Positions 16,800 to 24,783 of a DNA stretch of 32,000 nucleotides are shown here, piece after piece. The notes under the pieces are model-generated. The model did not search any database. It had not been told where the DNA came from and saw only the letters and a list, made by a program, of their open reading frames with translations. The stretch's first letter is position 1; each line of letters starts with the position of its first letter. Source of the DNA: Telmatocola sphagniphila (GTDB lineage Bacteria; Planctomycetota; Planctomycetia; Gemmatales; Gemmataceae); the NCBI RefSeq assembly GCF_018398935.1, contig NZ_CP074694.1:1590001-1622000 (forward strand), written 5' to 3'. The position numbers were made by a program, and so were the translations under genes.

Positions 16800-19721
16800 T
16801 TAATCCTTGATAGTGGATAGAATCTCCTCGATTTGCGGATCAGTGAGATGACTTCGCGTCAGGGTCAACATCTTTCGCAGATGCTTTCGTCCCTCGATAC
16901 CTGAAATGAAGCCAATATTACCGAGATTGCCTTTACTCGTAACAATCGCTTTTCCATCAGTATCGAAAATGGCATGGTAAGGAATGCCCTCACCTTCACT
17001 TCCCGGGAGGAGTTTAGCGATCTCTTCTCCATGGATATCTCGAATATCATCGATCTTCAGCATCACGTAGTCCTTCTGAAGTAGATCTCTTTGGTCGTCC
17101 ATCCAGCGAGTCAATCGGAAACAGGGACCGCAATATCGCTGTCCCACGCGAACCCAGACTTTACGTCCGCTGGCTTTGGCTTCCGCGAAAGCTTCCTCCC
17201 ATTTTTTCTTGGCATCGTTTTTGGCGGGCTGGTATTTCATCGAAAGAGTATCGGCGGCGTCGACAGCCTTTTTGTCGTTCGGGTCGAATTCCTCAACTCC
17301 CAGTTTCGTACCTTTTCCGTCGAGTACGATAACGACAATTTTTCCCTTATTTGGAAGGGGCCAGGACTGCCTCTGAGCCAATTCTTGAATCTCTCGAGTC
17401 TTCGTCTCGTCGCTCAGTTTCAAGTGGAATTGCATGTAGGAATAATGCTTCTCCGAATCTTCGAGGTTCACTTTCAAAAATTGCTCGGCTTTCTCCGAGG
17501 GGGAATAAAGAAACATCAGGGCATAATAGTTGTTTAAACGGCAGTCCCGCAAGAGATTCGTAACTCGCTGAGAAAGAGACAACGGCGATGTCTTGGTTTC
17601 TAACCGAGTTACGATCGGCGATTTTACATCCGCTTCCTCGAGGTAAAAATTCTCGAAGCGATTATGCGAGTACGGTTCCTTGGCTCCCGTTGAAAGAAAG
17701 ATTCCCACTTGGCTCGGCAAGCCGCTGAAGCGATAATTTCCCTGCGAGTCGGTCTGAGTTTTTAGTGCAGTGGGCGTAAAGCGAATGAATCGAAGGTTGG
17801 GGTTGGTATTCTTTATGCTCGGCGGAAGGCTAATGTTGAGTTGAACTGGGTAATTGATGAGAGGCTCATCTGCCTTACCGAGTAATTGTCCGCGAAGTTC
17901 CAGTGTTGGCTTCAAGCTGAGTTCGATCTGCTTTTTGTCACCTCCCACTTCGCATATACCGAAGGCTTTCCCATCTCGGGTACGAGCAAAGAGACAAACA
18001 TTCTTCGCCCGGGAAGAAAATTTGAACTCTCCCTGGCTGTCGGCTTTAACGAGTGAATTTTCTTCTTCGGTCTCGCCATCCATCGCTCCAATCTCAACTA
18101 CGGCTTGATCCAAATCCGCTTTGAGATTGGTTTCTAGAACCAATCTTCCGGTGATTTCGCGAGGCTCGACGAAAGCTCGATGAAACTCAATTCGATTATT
18201 TCCGGACGAACTTACTTTAAGCTTTTGAACAGATCGCCAATTTCCCAGTGTCACGAAGGACTGTATTTCACTCCCCTCCAGCGCATAGGTTCTAGCTCGG
18301 CCATTTTCATCCGTTCGTAACCACCAGAATCTCGCTGCTTCGCCATAACGAGTTGTACCTTCTTCCTTCCAGCTGACAGAATGATAAATCGACAAGGCAA
18401 TAAGTCTGTCGATTGCTGGCTTCTTCCCAGATCCTACAGTGAAGCTCAAATCCACAGGCAAGCCCAATTGAAGTGAAAGTTCTGGAGATGTTATTTTTTC
18501 ACCTTCAACCGGAATGAGATCGATGAACTTGCTGGCATAACGCGAGTCGCAGACCGTGATTGCGTAGGTTGCCCCTGATAAGCAATCGGCTGAGAATTGT
18601 CCTTTCTCGTCTGTGAAAGCAAATAGATTATCCGGGATATCCTTGATCTCTCCCTGGAAAGACGAAAGCAGTACCATGACCCCGGCTTTGTTCAAATCCT
18701 TGGAAAGTACTTCCCCCCGAACCGCTTTTCTCGCAGCAATTATTTTCTTCTTGATCTGGATTCTGTGAGCCCCCTCTTTTTCTTCCTGCCCAACCACAGT
18801 CCAATTAGGGTCCAGGATTTCGATGCGACCCAGAGATTCTTTCCAGAGGGGCGTCCAATCGAATATCGCTTCTCCTTTGGCATCCGTTGCCAGTGTTTGA
18901 ATCATTTCGCTTCGGAGCTGCAGTCCCCCCATTTTTTGGCTCCAATAACGAATCGTGAATGGCAAATTTGTAACGGGATTGCTGGTGTTTTCTTCTACGA
19001 CTTGAATCTTCTCTGACTGACATGAAGCGATAGTGATCTCGTATTTGTTCGATTCTTGCTTATCGCTTGAATTTGTGTAACCGAATCGGCGGTCTTCCGT
19101 CCAGGCGGTGATGCCTCTCAAAGTGTCGGCTTTAAGTAACGCGAACCGAGCTATTCCCTTCGTGTCGGTTCTGGTCCTCATCGGTTCGGAATTGCTTGTC
19201 TCAGCCTGCACATAGCTGTTGATGACCGGATTGCCTTTATCCGTGACCAAAACTTCCAAATTTCGCTCCGGAACTTTTACTATGAGCTTCATGCCTTCGA
19301 CGGCTGTCAGGCGAAGCTCATAGTTAGAGATTCGAGAGAATGCCCGTTTCTGGCTTTCAGGTTCCGTGGCCGCGAAGCGTACAGATCCCAATTTTCCTGA
19401 ACCCACGGGAACCCAGGCGTGGAATCGCGAACCCTCGGCGATCACGGACATCGACTTATCCGAATGGTCGATCGAGGCCGTGGCAGACACTTTCGGATTT
19501 TTAACCGGGACTCCATTCTCATCCAACACCTCGCCGGAGATTTTGATTTTGAGCGTAGATCCCGAACCTTCCAGCCAGGCGGGCTTTTCGTTAGGACCCA
19601 GCGGTTTATCCTCCGCGAAAACCGATGAGCAGAAACCGCTGACCAGAAGAATCAGCAGCGATCGTAAAGTCAATTTCCAACTACGAGCGTTACGGAAACA
19701 GTTCCAAGAATTCGGAAGCAT
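16800..19721 (-). CDS. secreted multi-domain protein: carboxypeptidase-regulatory-like beta-sandwich repeats plus C-terminal thioredoxin-like domain (CGPC)
   Basis: 973 aa, ATG start, signal peptide (LTLRSLLILLVSGFCSSVFAEDKP). There are about six CarboxypepD_reg-like units (for example GEVLDENGVPVKNPKV, ITGRLVLETNLKADL and LRGQLLGKADEPLINYPVQL...TDSQGNYRFSGLP). The C-terminus reads KKWEEAFAEAKASGRKVWVRVGQRYCGPCFRL, with CGPC encoded at 17121-17132. It is preceded by a Cys-less thioredoxin-like segment. Confidence 0.85.
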   Translation of the reverse strand: MLPNSWNCFRNARSWKLTLRSLLILLVSGFCSSVFAEDKPLGPNEKPAWLEGSGSTLKIKISGEVLDENGVPVKNPKVSATASIDHSDKSMSVIAEGSRFHAWVPVGSGKLGSVRFAATEPESQKRAFSRISNYELRLTAVEGMKLIVKVPERNLEVLVTDKGNPVINSYVQAETSNSEPMRTRTDTKGIARFALLKADTLRGITAWTEDRRFGYTNSSDKQESNKYEITIASCQSEKIQVVEENTSNPVTNLPFTIRYWSQKMGGLQLRSEMIQTLATDAKGEAIFDWTPLWKESLGRIEILDPNWTVVGQEEKEGAHRIQIKKKIIAARKAVRGEVLSKDLNKAGVMVLLSSFQGEIKDIPDNLFAFTDEKGQFSADCLSGATYAITVCDSRYASKFIDLIPVEGEKITSPELSLQLGLPVDLSFTVGSGKKPAIDRLIALSIYHSVSWKEEGTTRYGEAARFWWLRTDENGRARTYALEGSEIQSFVTLGNWRSVQKLKVSSSGNNRIEFHRAFVEPREITGRLVLETNLKADLDQAVVEIGAMDGETEEENSLVKADSQGEFKFSSRAKNVCLFARTRDGKAFGICEVGGDKKQIELSLKPTLELRGQLLGKADEPLINYPVQLNISLPPSIKNTNPNLRFIRFTPTALKTQTDSQGNYRFSGLPSQVGIFLSTGAKEPYSHNRFENFYLEEADVKSPIVTRLETKTSPLSLSQRVTNLLRDCRLNNYYALMFLYSPSEKAEQFLKVNLEDSEKHYSYMQFHLKLSDETKTREIQELAQRQSWPLPNKGKIVVIVLDGKGTKLGVEEFDPNDKKAVDAADTLSMKYQPAKNDAKKKWEEAFAEAKASGRKVWVRVGQRYCGPCFRLTRWMDDQRDLLQKDYVMLKIDDIRDIHGEEIAKLLPGSEGEGIPYHAIFDTDGKAIVTSKGNLGNIGFISGIEGRKHLRKMLTLTRSHLTDPQIEEILSTIKD

Positions 19722-20585
19722 GGGGCGTACCTCTCAAGATTCGTCTGTAAACATTTGTTTTGCCAATACGATCACAGTATAACGAGGCAGATTCATAAAG
19801 TCTTGTATCTTCCAGAAGATGTTTCCTTATGCAAATTTCTAAGGCTTTGGCCCGGCTTAAACAGCCTCCCGAATAACAACGAAACGTCAAGCTTTGAAAA
19901 TTTGGAAGATAGCCGAGAGTAACGTATCTCCCATCTGCCACTCAATTCTCCAGGTTACGATGCGAAAAAAGTAATGCATTTTCTTTAAAGGTCATCAGAT
20001 CATCAATATTCATATAGTGGAAAACGCCAATTTGATGACCTTAGGTTATTTCTCGAGAAATAGTGGCCTTTTGTGCGAAAGCTCAAAAATGCTGTCTGGA
20101 GTGGAAGCGTTAATATTCTCAAGGAAAAGCCGCGATTTGAAAAAAGTCTGTTTGAATCGGACGGCGGCGCTCTTCTTCGTACACTCGTGACTGAAAAAAA
20201 CACTGGTTCCTTTTAAACCGATCCGATGTTACATTGCAACCATTCGATACCGCGGTCACTCTTCTTTCAAAGTAAGACAAGCTGTTCATTCGTGGCAGGC
20301 AGGTACACTTGAATGTGGATTGGTTCACTGTCCCGCATGCTAAAGCTTAGCGGATAGCGGACATTCGCTCCATGTCGGTTTCTAACCGCGCCAGAATGGA
20401 ACCTTACTGAAACTTGATAGAGTGCTTTTGCGGCCTTGTATCCAAAAGTCGTGTATGCCGCGCAATGCATCAATCCCGATGTCAAAAATGGCGTTAAGTG
20501 TTCTGCTCCAAGGACTTCAATTTTTATTCTCTAGCGTGGGAAAGAGATAAGTTGCCCTGTCAAATCGTGATCACTTACGGCTGGC

Positions 20586-20831
20586 GTGCGGGATCAGGAA
20601 ATCAAGGAATATCGAGAATGTTTGCACGAAATACAAGCTGATCCGTGGCGTTATACTGATGAACGGAAGGTATATAGATTGCGTGCGGAAAATGCAGGTA
20701 GAATCGTCGAAGAAATGCTAATTAGCAAATACGCACTTGAAGCTGAAAGATTCCCTCTGATCGACTGGTATTCCGTCTCAATCGGTTTTTTGATAATCGT
20801 TCTTAAAGCACACGGTTATCATTATTTGTAA
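20586..20831 (+). CDS. hypothetical small protein with C-terminal hydrophobic segment
   Basis: 81-aa ORF with a GTG start and no convincing Shine-Dalgarno. It has one hydrophobic stretch (WYSVSIGFLIIVL). A stem-loop with a T-rich tail lies 22 nt downstream. No family recognised. Confidence 0.3.
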   Translation: MRDQEIKEYRECLHEIQADPWRYTDERKVYRLRAENAGRIVEEMLISKYALEAERFPLIDWYSVSIGFLIIVLKAHGYHYL

Positions 20832-20852
20832 TGCAAATTACTTTCGAATTGC

Positions 20853-20872
20853 CCAGAACTGAAAAATTCTGG
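20853..20872 (+). terminator. stem-loop with T-rich tail downstream of the small ORF
   Basis: CCAGAA (20853-20858) pairs with TTCTGG (20867-20872) around an 8-nt loop, followed by TTGGCTTTT. Confidence 0.3.
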
Positions 20873-20906
20873 TTGGCTTTTCAAAGAATAAGGGGCTATC
20901 CTCACT

Positions 20907-20932
20907 CTAGTCCTTAAACAAGCGAAGTTTTT
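20907..20932. repeat. IS terminal inverted repeat (transposase 3' side)
   Basis: CTAGTCCTTAAACAAGCGAAGTTTTT matches the reverse complement of 22745-22770 (CTAGGCCTTAAACCAGCGTAGTTTTT) at 23 of 26 positions, and at 16 of 18 in the outer core. Confidence 0.7.
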
Positions 20933-21107
20933 GATGCCAATTCCGTGGGGAGTTTTAGCGAGATAGTTCGATGAGTCCTCCGCGCCGGAGCTTTTCGCTC
21001 GGCCGAACGCATACTTCTATTTTTCAAACATTCTTCCTTTCCGCGAATAGCTCTCGGCGTTTTATCGGATCGGGACATCCGGATCCCGACTTCAGTCGGT
21101 CGAACGA

Positions 21108-22637
21108 TCAGCACCTCAGTGCTTTCAGTAGTCGGAAGAAGATCGGCAAGTGCGGGTTCCAGCCGAGCAATCGATAGACGATGCGGCCGGCCTTCCGGAC
21201 GATCTGACAAGGCAGAAGCATGAAAGCATTGAGGAAGGTTTTGAATTCCATTTTCAAAACCGACTGCTTCTGGTCCCGATGCTTTTCCCGCCAGCGACCG
21301 GGAGTTTCCGGCAACGTCAAGGCCCACCAGGCTTTCAAGTTCCAGGCCAGGGAGGCCATCACCATGTACGCCCAATTGCTTTCCAGATCGTGCAGCGGCG
21401 CGTGCAAGGCCCGGCAACCGCCCTTGAGCTGCGCTATCAGATTTTCCTGATTGCAGCGATCGTTGGCTTCGTAGACGACTTCGGCGGCCGTGCACTCCCG
21501 GTCGTTGGTGATGTAGAAGAAATAGCGTTCGTCCGGATACAGAACGGATTCGCCTTTTTCCACGGAAAGATTCTTGCGAATCACCACCAGGCGATACGCC
21601 CTTCGGCAAGCGGTCGGTTGGTACTCGAACTCGGCCACCGCTTCGGAGATCAACTTCACATTTACGAATTCCCGCTCTTGGACGATCCGCTCCTTGGTGT
21701 TTTCCCGTCGGTGTCGCAACTTCGCTTTCGCCGAGTATTGCGCGGGACGCTCGAGCTTGTGCCAAGCCGCTTCCGGCAGTTTTTCCGCGATTGCTTCGAG
21801 GTTTTGCTTCGAATCGTAGCCGAAATAAAAGCGTACCTTGGCGTTGGCATCCCAGCCGTCGAGGCGAGTGGTCTGCGAGAAATCGGTGTCGCCGCGAAAG
21901 ACGATCCTGCGAAAGCCCGCTTGAAGGCACAGCAAAAGAGCCCGGTCGAGTTCGACCGCGGCCCCTTCGTGCGAAGGGCGATTGCCGGGACGGTTGACGA
22001 TGCTCAGCGTCTCACCGGTGTTGGCCAGGGTCACCGCCAGGGGGTGGTAACACCAGTCTCTGTTATAGTTGATGTCCATCCCCGCTTTACGCTCGCCACG
22101 CGTTTGGGTAAAGCTGCCGTCGGCGTCGATCTTCGCGCATTCCCAAAAGGAATCGGGTTGCTTCGACCAGACGCGTAAACGGGTCTGGTTGAAAGCGTCG
22201 ATCAAAGCCTGGATGCTGCCACTATCGAAGCGTCGACAAAAGTCGCCCGAAGTAGTCGGGTCGGGAAAACGCTGAGTGCCCAAGGCGTTGAGAAAGTTTT
22301 CGTCCGTGCGACGCAGTTCCATGTCTTGCAGGCAGGTACCCCCGCAAAGGGAATTGTAAGCGATGGCCAACACGTGGTCCGATTCCGAGTAAGGCCTTTG
22401 AAATTGGAGCAGATGCAGCTTCTCGTCGATGTCGTCGATCAGTCCGATACGCCGGGCCAGAAGGTGCATGGCCCCGAGGCCTCCGCAACTGATCGCCCCC
22501 ACGCGTTCGGAGACTTCGTAATGAATGTTGGAGGCGTCGAAAGAAGGAGCGAAGGTCATCGCGGCCTCTCGCTTAGCCAGGCGACGTTCGATTCGACTCT
22601 TGCATTTTTGAAACCAACGTCCGAAAATAACATTCAC
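21108..22637 (-). CDS. IS1380-family DDE transposase
   Basis: 509 aa. The GTG start is preceded by AAGGAG with a 6-nt spacer. Family-typical blocks are present: RIERRLAK, GGLGAMHLLARRIGL, YSESDHVLAIAYNSLCGGTCLQDMELRR, FPDPTTSGDFCRRF, IDADGSF...YHPL, NRPGNRPSHEGA, FRGDTDF and NDRCNQENLIAQLK. There are no internal stops. Confidence 0.93.
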   Translation of the reverse strand: MNVIFGRWFQKCKSRIERRLAKREAAMTFAPSFDASNIHYEVSERVGAISCGGLGAMHLLARRIGLIDDIDEKLHLLQFQRPYSESDHVLAIAYNSLCGGTCLQDMELRRTDENFLNALGTQRFPDPTTSGDFCRRFDSGSIQALIDAFNQTRLRVWSKQPDSFWECAKIDADGSFTQTRGERKAGMDINYNRDWCYHPLAVTLANTGETLSIVNRPGNRPSHEGAAVELDRALLLCLQAGFRRIVFRGDTDFSQTTRLDGWDANAKVRFYFGYDSKQNLEAIAEKLPEAAWHKLERPAQYSAKAKLRHRRENTKERIVQEREFVNVKLISEAVAEFEYQPTACRRAYRLVVIRKNLSVEKGESVLYPDERYFFYITNDRECTAAEVVYEANDRCNQENLIAQLKGGCRALHAPLHDLESNWAYMVMASLAWNLKAWWALTLPETPGRWREKHRDQKQSVLKMEFKTFLNAFMLLPCQIVRKAGRIVYRLLGWNPHLPIFFRLLKALRC

Positions 22638-22744
22638 TCGAAACTCCTTTTTGCGACTGTCGATTTGTTAAGCGGTTACTTACACAAACCGCAGAAAACA
22701 AAAAGGATTTCGAGCTTTCTTCGATAAATCGAAACAATTCTCCA

Positions 22745-22770
22745 AAAAACTACGCTGGTTTAAGGCCTAG
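22745..22770. repeat. IS terminal inverted repeat (transposase 5' side)
   Basis: Partner of 20907-20932; see that entry. Confidence 0.7.
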
Positions 22771-22827
22771 TAGATGAGGTAAAGTTAATGTATAGGCAGT
22801 CTTTGTGCAGAAAAATTATCGTTTTAA

Positions 22828-22856
22828 TTGACCTTTAATACGAGCTGTGTTTCAAT
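22828..22856 (+). promoter_or_regulatory. sigma70-like promoter candidate for the DUF1559 gene
   Basis: TTGACC (22828-22833), a 17-nt spacer, then TTCAAT (22851-22856), about 95 nt upstream of ATG22951. This is hexamer similarity only. Confidence 0.25.
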
Positions 22857-22950
22857 TACCCGATAGCTGGATGATTTTTCCTGTCTGGATTTTCCAGTCA
22901 GAATTTAGAGTCACAAGCTTTTATCAATTCCATTTTTTGAAGGAGTCTTT

Positions 22951-23997
22951 ATGTCGCGACTTTCTCTCCGTCGCTCTCGGTTGGGTTTTACTCTGATCGA
23001 GCTTCTAGTAGTTATTGCCATCATTGCAATTTTAATTGGTCTTCTGCTTCCGGCAGTGCAAAAGGTTCGCGAGGCGGCCTCTCGCATGAAGTGTTCGAAC
23101 AACTTAAAGCAAATTGGTATTGCGTTGCACTCTTACCATGATGCCATGGGCTTCTTCCCGGCAGGTGGTTTCACGGATCAACCGCCTTACGGTACCAACT
23201 GGGGTTGGGGGAGTGCCTGGACCGTATTTATCACGCCCTATCTTGAACAGGGAAACCTTTACAATCAGTTCGTTTTCAATGGCGGATCTGGTTGGGGCGG
23301 GGCTGCGGCCAATAACGTCAACGCGGCTGCGAACGTGACCATGAAAATATACAACTGTCCTTCCAGCACATTGCCACTGACCACAACTGGCACCTATACC
23401 GGTCAAGCGATTGCAGTCAGCCATTATGTGGGGATCGCGGGGGCTGTCAACGGCCTGATACCCGGTTATACCGAGACACGCAATAATATCAGTGGCGGCG
23501 GTACCGGCTGCTGCAACGGTGGTATTGCTAGCGGCGGCGGTGTTCTGGCTCCCGGTCTGACCAATATCACTTTTGCGAGCATTACCGATGGTTCGAGCAA
23601 TCAGCTCCTGGTGAGCGAACAGGGCGATTTGATTCAAACCTCGGATGGCACGAAGAACCCGTGGAATGCCAGCACAGCAAACGGCTGGGAAATCGGGACC
23701 TACTGGAACGTGGCTCCACCGAATCAATCGAATGGCGGGGACTTGCGTCATTTCCAAATGACGACCATCCGATACGGCATTAATCAGAAATCGGGCTGGA
23801 CCCCAGGTGGCGATTGCGGTGGTCAAGGCGTTTGCTCCAACATGGGTAACAACATTCCGCTCAACTCGGCTCATACGGGCGGCATCAATGCCCTGCGCGG
23901 CGACGGTTCGGTAGTGTTCCTCCGCGACAGCATGAGCATCGTAACGCTGGCCGAACTTGCCACTCGGGATGATGGAATGGTTTTAGGCGATTACTAA
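22951..23997 (+). CDS. DUF1559 family protein with prepilin-type N-terminal cleavage/methylation domain and H-X9-DG motif
   Basis: 348 aa, ATG start with an AAGGAG Shine-Dalgarno. The N-terminus is [55 protein letters not shown]. The C-terminal [12 protein letters not shown] is an exact H-x9-DG. Confidence 0.92.
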   Translation: MSRLSLRRSRLGFTLIELLVVIAIIAILIGLLLPAVQKVREAASRMKCSNNLKQIGIALHSYHDAMGFFPAGGFTDQPPYGTNWGWGSAWTVFITPYLEQGNLYNQFVFNGGSGWGGAAANNVNAAANVTMKIYNCPSSTLPLTTTGTYTGQAIAVSHYVGIAGAVNGLIPGYTETRNNISGGGTGCCNGGIASGGGVLAPGLTNITFASITDGSSNQLLVSEQGDLIQTSDGTKNPWNASTANGWEIGTYWNVAPPNQSNGGDLRHFQMTTIRYGINQKSGWTPGGDCGGQGVCSNMGNNIPLNSAHTGGINALRGDGSVVFLRDSMSIVTLAELATRDDGMVLGDY

Positions 23998-24019
23998 AAT
24001 CGATTCCGTCAAACACTAT

Positions 24020-24050
24020 GAGTCAATCCGTATTTCTTACGGATTGACTC
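24020..24050 (+). terminator. 13-bp perfect intercistronic stem-loop (attenuator or RNA-stability element candidate)
   Basis: GAGTCAATCCGTA (24020-24032) pairs perfectly with TACGGATTGACTC (24038-24050) around the loop TTTCT. It starts 23 nt after the DUF1559 stop and ends 43 nt before the lipoprotein ATG. It is followed by TCTGCGCTATTTT. Confidence 0.5.
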
Positions 24051-24092
24051 TCTGCGCTATTTTCCCACCCCATCTCTAAGAAAGGAATTTAC

Positions 24093-24512
24093 ATGCTCAA
24101 ACCAATTCTTTCCGGTCTCATTGTTCTAATTCTGTTTACCGGCCCCGGTTGTTCCCCCGAAAAACCCAAATCTCAGACTAAGGCGCAAGTAAACGGCTCG
24201 GTGACCCTCGACGGCGCTCCTCTCAAAGTAGGGAAAATTACTTTTGAGCTGGGCGATGGCACTCCGTCCGTTAGCCTCGACATTTTGGATGGGAAATACG
24301 ATGGCCGAGCTCCGGTCGGGAATAATCTCGTTCGATTGAATGCCACTGAAAAGGTTTCCCTGAAAGAGAAGATGAAAATGGAAGGGCCCGGGTACGATCA
24401 ATTGACCGAAGTGAATAAGTTACCAGAACGCTACAACACCAAGAGCGAACTGCACAAAGAAGTCGTCTCCGATGGCACGAATACCTTCAATTTCGACCTT
24501 AAGAGCAAGTAA
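24093..24512 (+). CDS. small lipoprotein with carboxypeptidase-regulatory-like beta-sandwich
   Basis: 139 aa. The signal peptide carries a lipobox (LIVLILFTGPGC). It is followed by VNGSVTLDGAPLKVGKITFELGDG...GKYDGRAPVGNNLVRL. This type of small lipoprotein is a common downstream partner of DUF1559 genes. Confidence 0.8.
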   Translation: MLKPILSGLIVLILFTGPGCSPEKPKSQTKAQVNGSVTLDGAPLKVGKITFELGDGTPSVSLDILDGKYDGRAPVGNNLVRLNATEKVSLKEKMKMEGPGYDQLTEVNKLPERYNTKSELHKEVVSDGTNTFNFDLKSK

Positions 24513-24591
24513 GTATTCAAACGTAAACTCTTCGCGAATTTCGCCCAACACCTTTACCTGTGTTACAAGACACCCAAGCTTCATGCAGGCC

Positions 24592-24612
24592 CGGAGGCTT
24601 CAAAAGCCTCCG
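24592..24612 (+). terminator. stem-loop downstream of the lipoprotein gene
   Basis: CGGAGGCTT (24592-24600) pairs with AAGCCTCCG (24604-24612), giving 9 bp and a 3-nt loop. No T-tract follows. Confidence 0.45.
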
Positions 24613-24783
24613 CAAGGTTTGCGTAGTGTTTGACAACTCTCTTCTACTCGGATAACCTATGCGCAGAGGAATTTCCCGGATTTTTTGTCAGGCGTCCGTT
24701 CGTGCCAGCTAGCCGAGACTAGATTCCAAGCAAACATTCCTCTTCCTGCCGATCTCTGACATTTTTGCTCCAGGTATACGGTC

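Larger units (their letters stand above)
20907..22770 (-). mobile_element. complete IS1380-family insertion sequence (1864 bp)
   Basis: A single DDE transposase gene is bounded by imperfect terminal inverted repeats. The element is visibly more GC-rich than both AT-rich flanks. Its size is typical of the family. CTAG sits at both extremities. Confidence 0.85.

Noticed and set aside
19851-19867. IS-end-like motif GGCTTAAACAGCC (and TCCTTTTAAACC near 20211), considered as remnants of earlier IS copies or a MITE
   Set aside because: The matches are short and need gaps. Both occurrences are in the same orientation, so they do not form an inverted pair. This is probably chance similarity in AT-rich DNA.
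20914-21930. 338-aa ORF on the same strand as the transposase but in another frame, running to the IS tip
   Set aside because: The product is an Arg/Ser/Gly/Pro-rich low-complexity sequence typical of out-of-frame reading of GC-rich DNA. It overlaps the well-supported transposase frame for more than 800 nt, and IS1380-family elements are single-ORF.
21150-22178. 342-aa ORF antisense to the transposase
   Set aside because: It is fully nested opposite a strongly supported gene and has no recognisable motif. It is a compositional artefact of the GC-rich IS.
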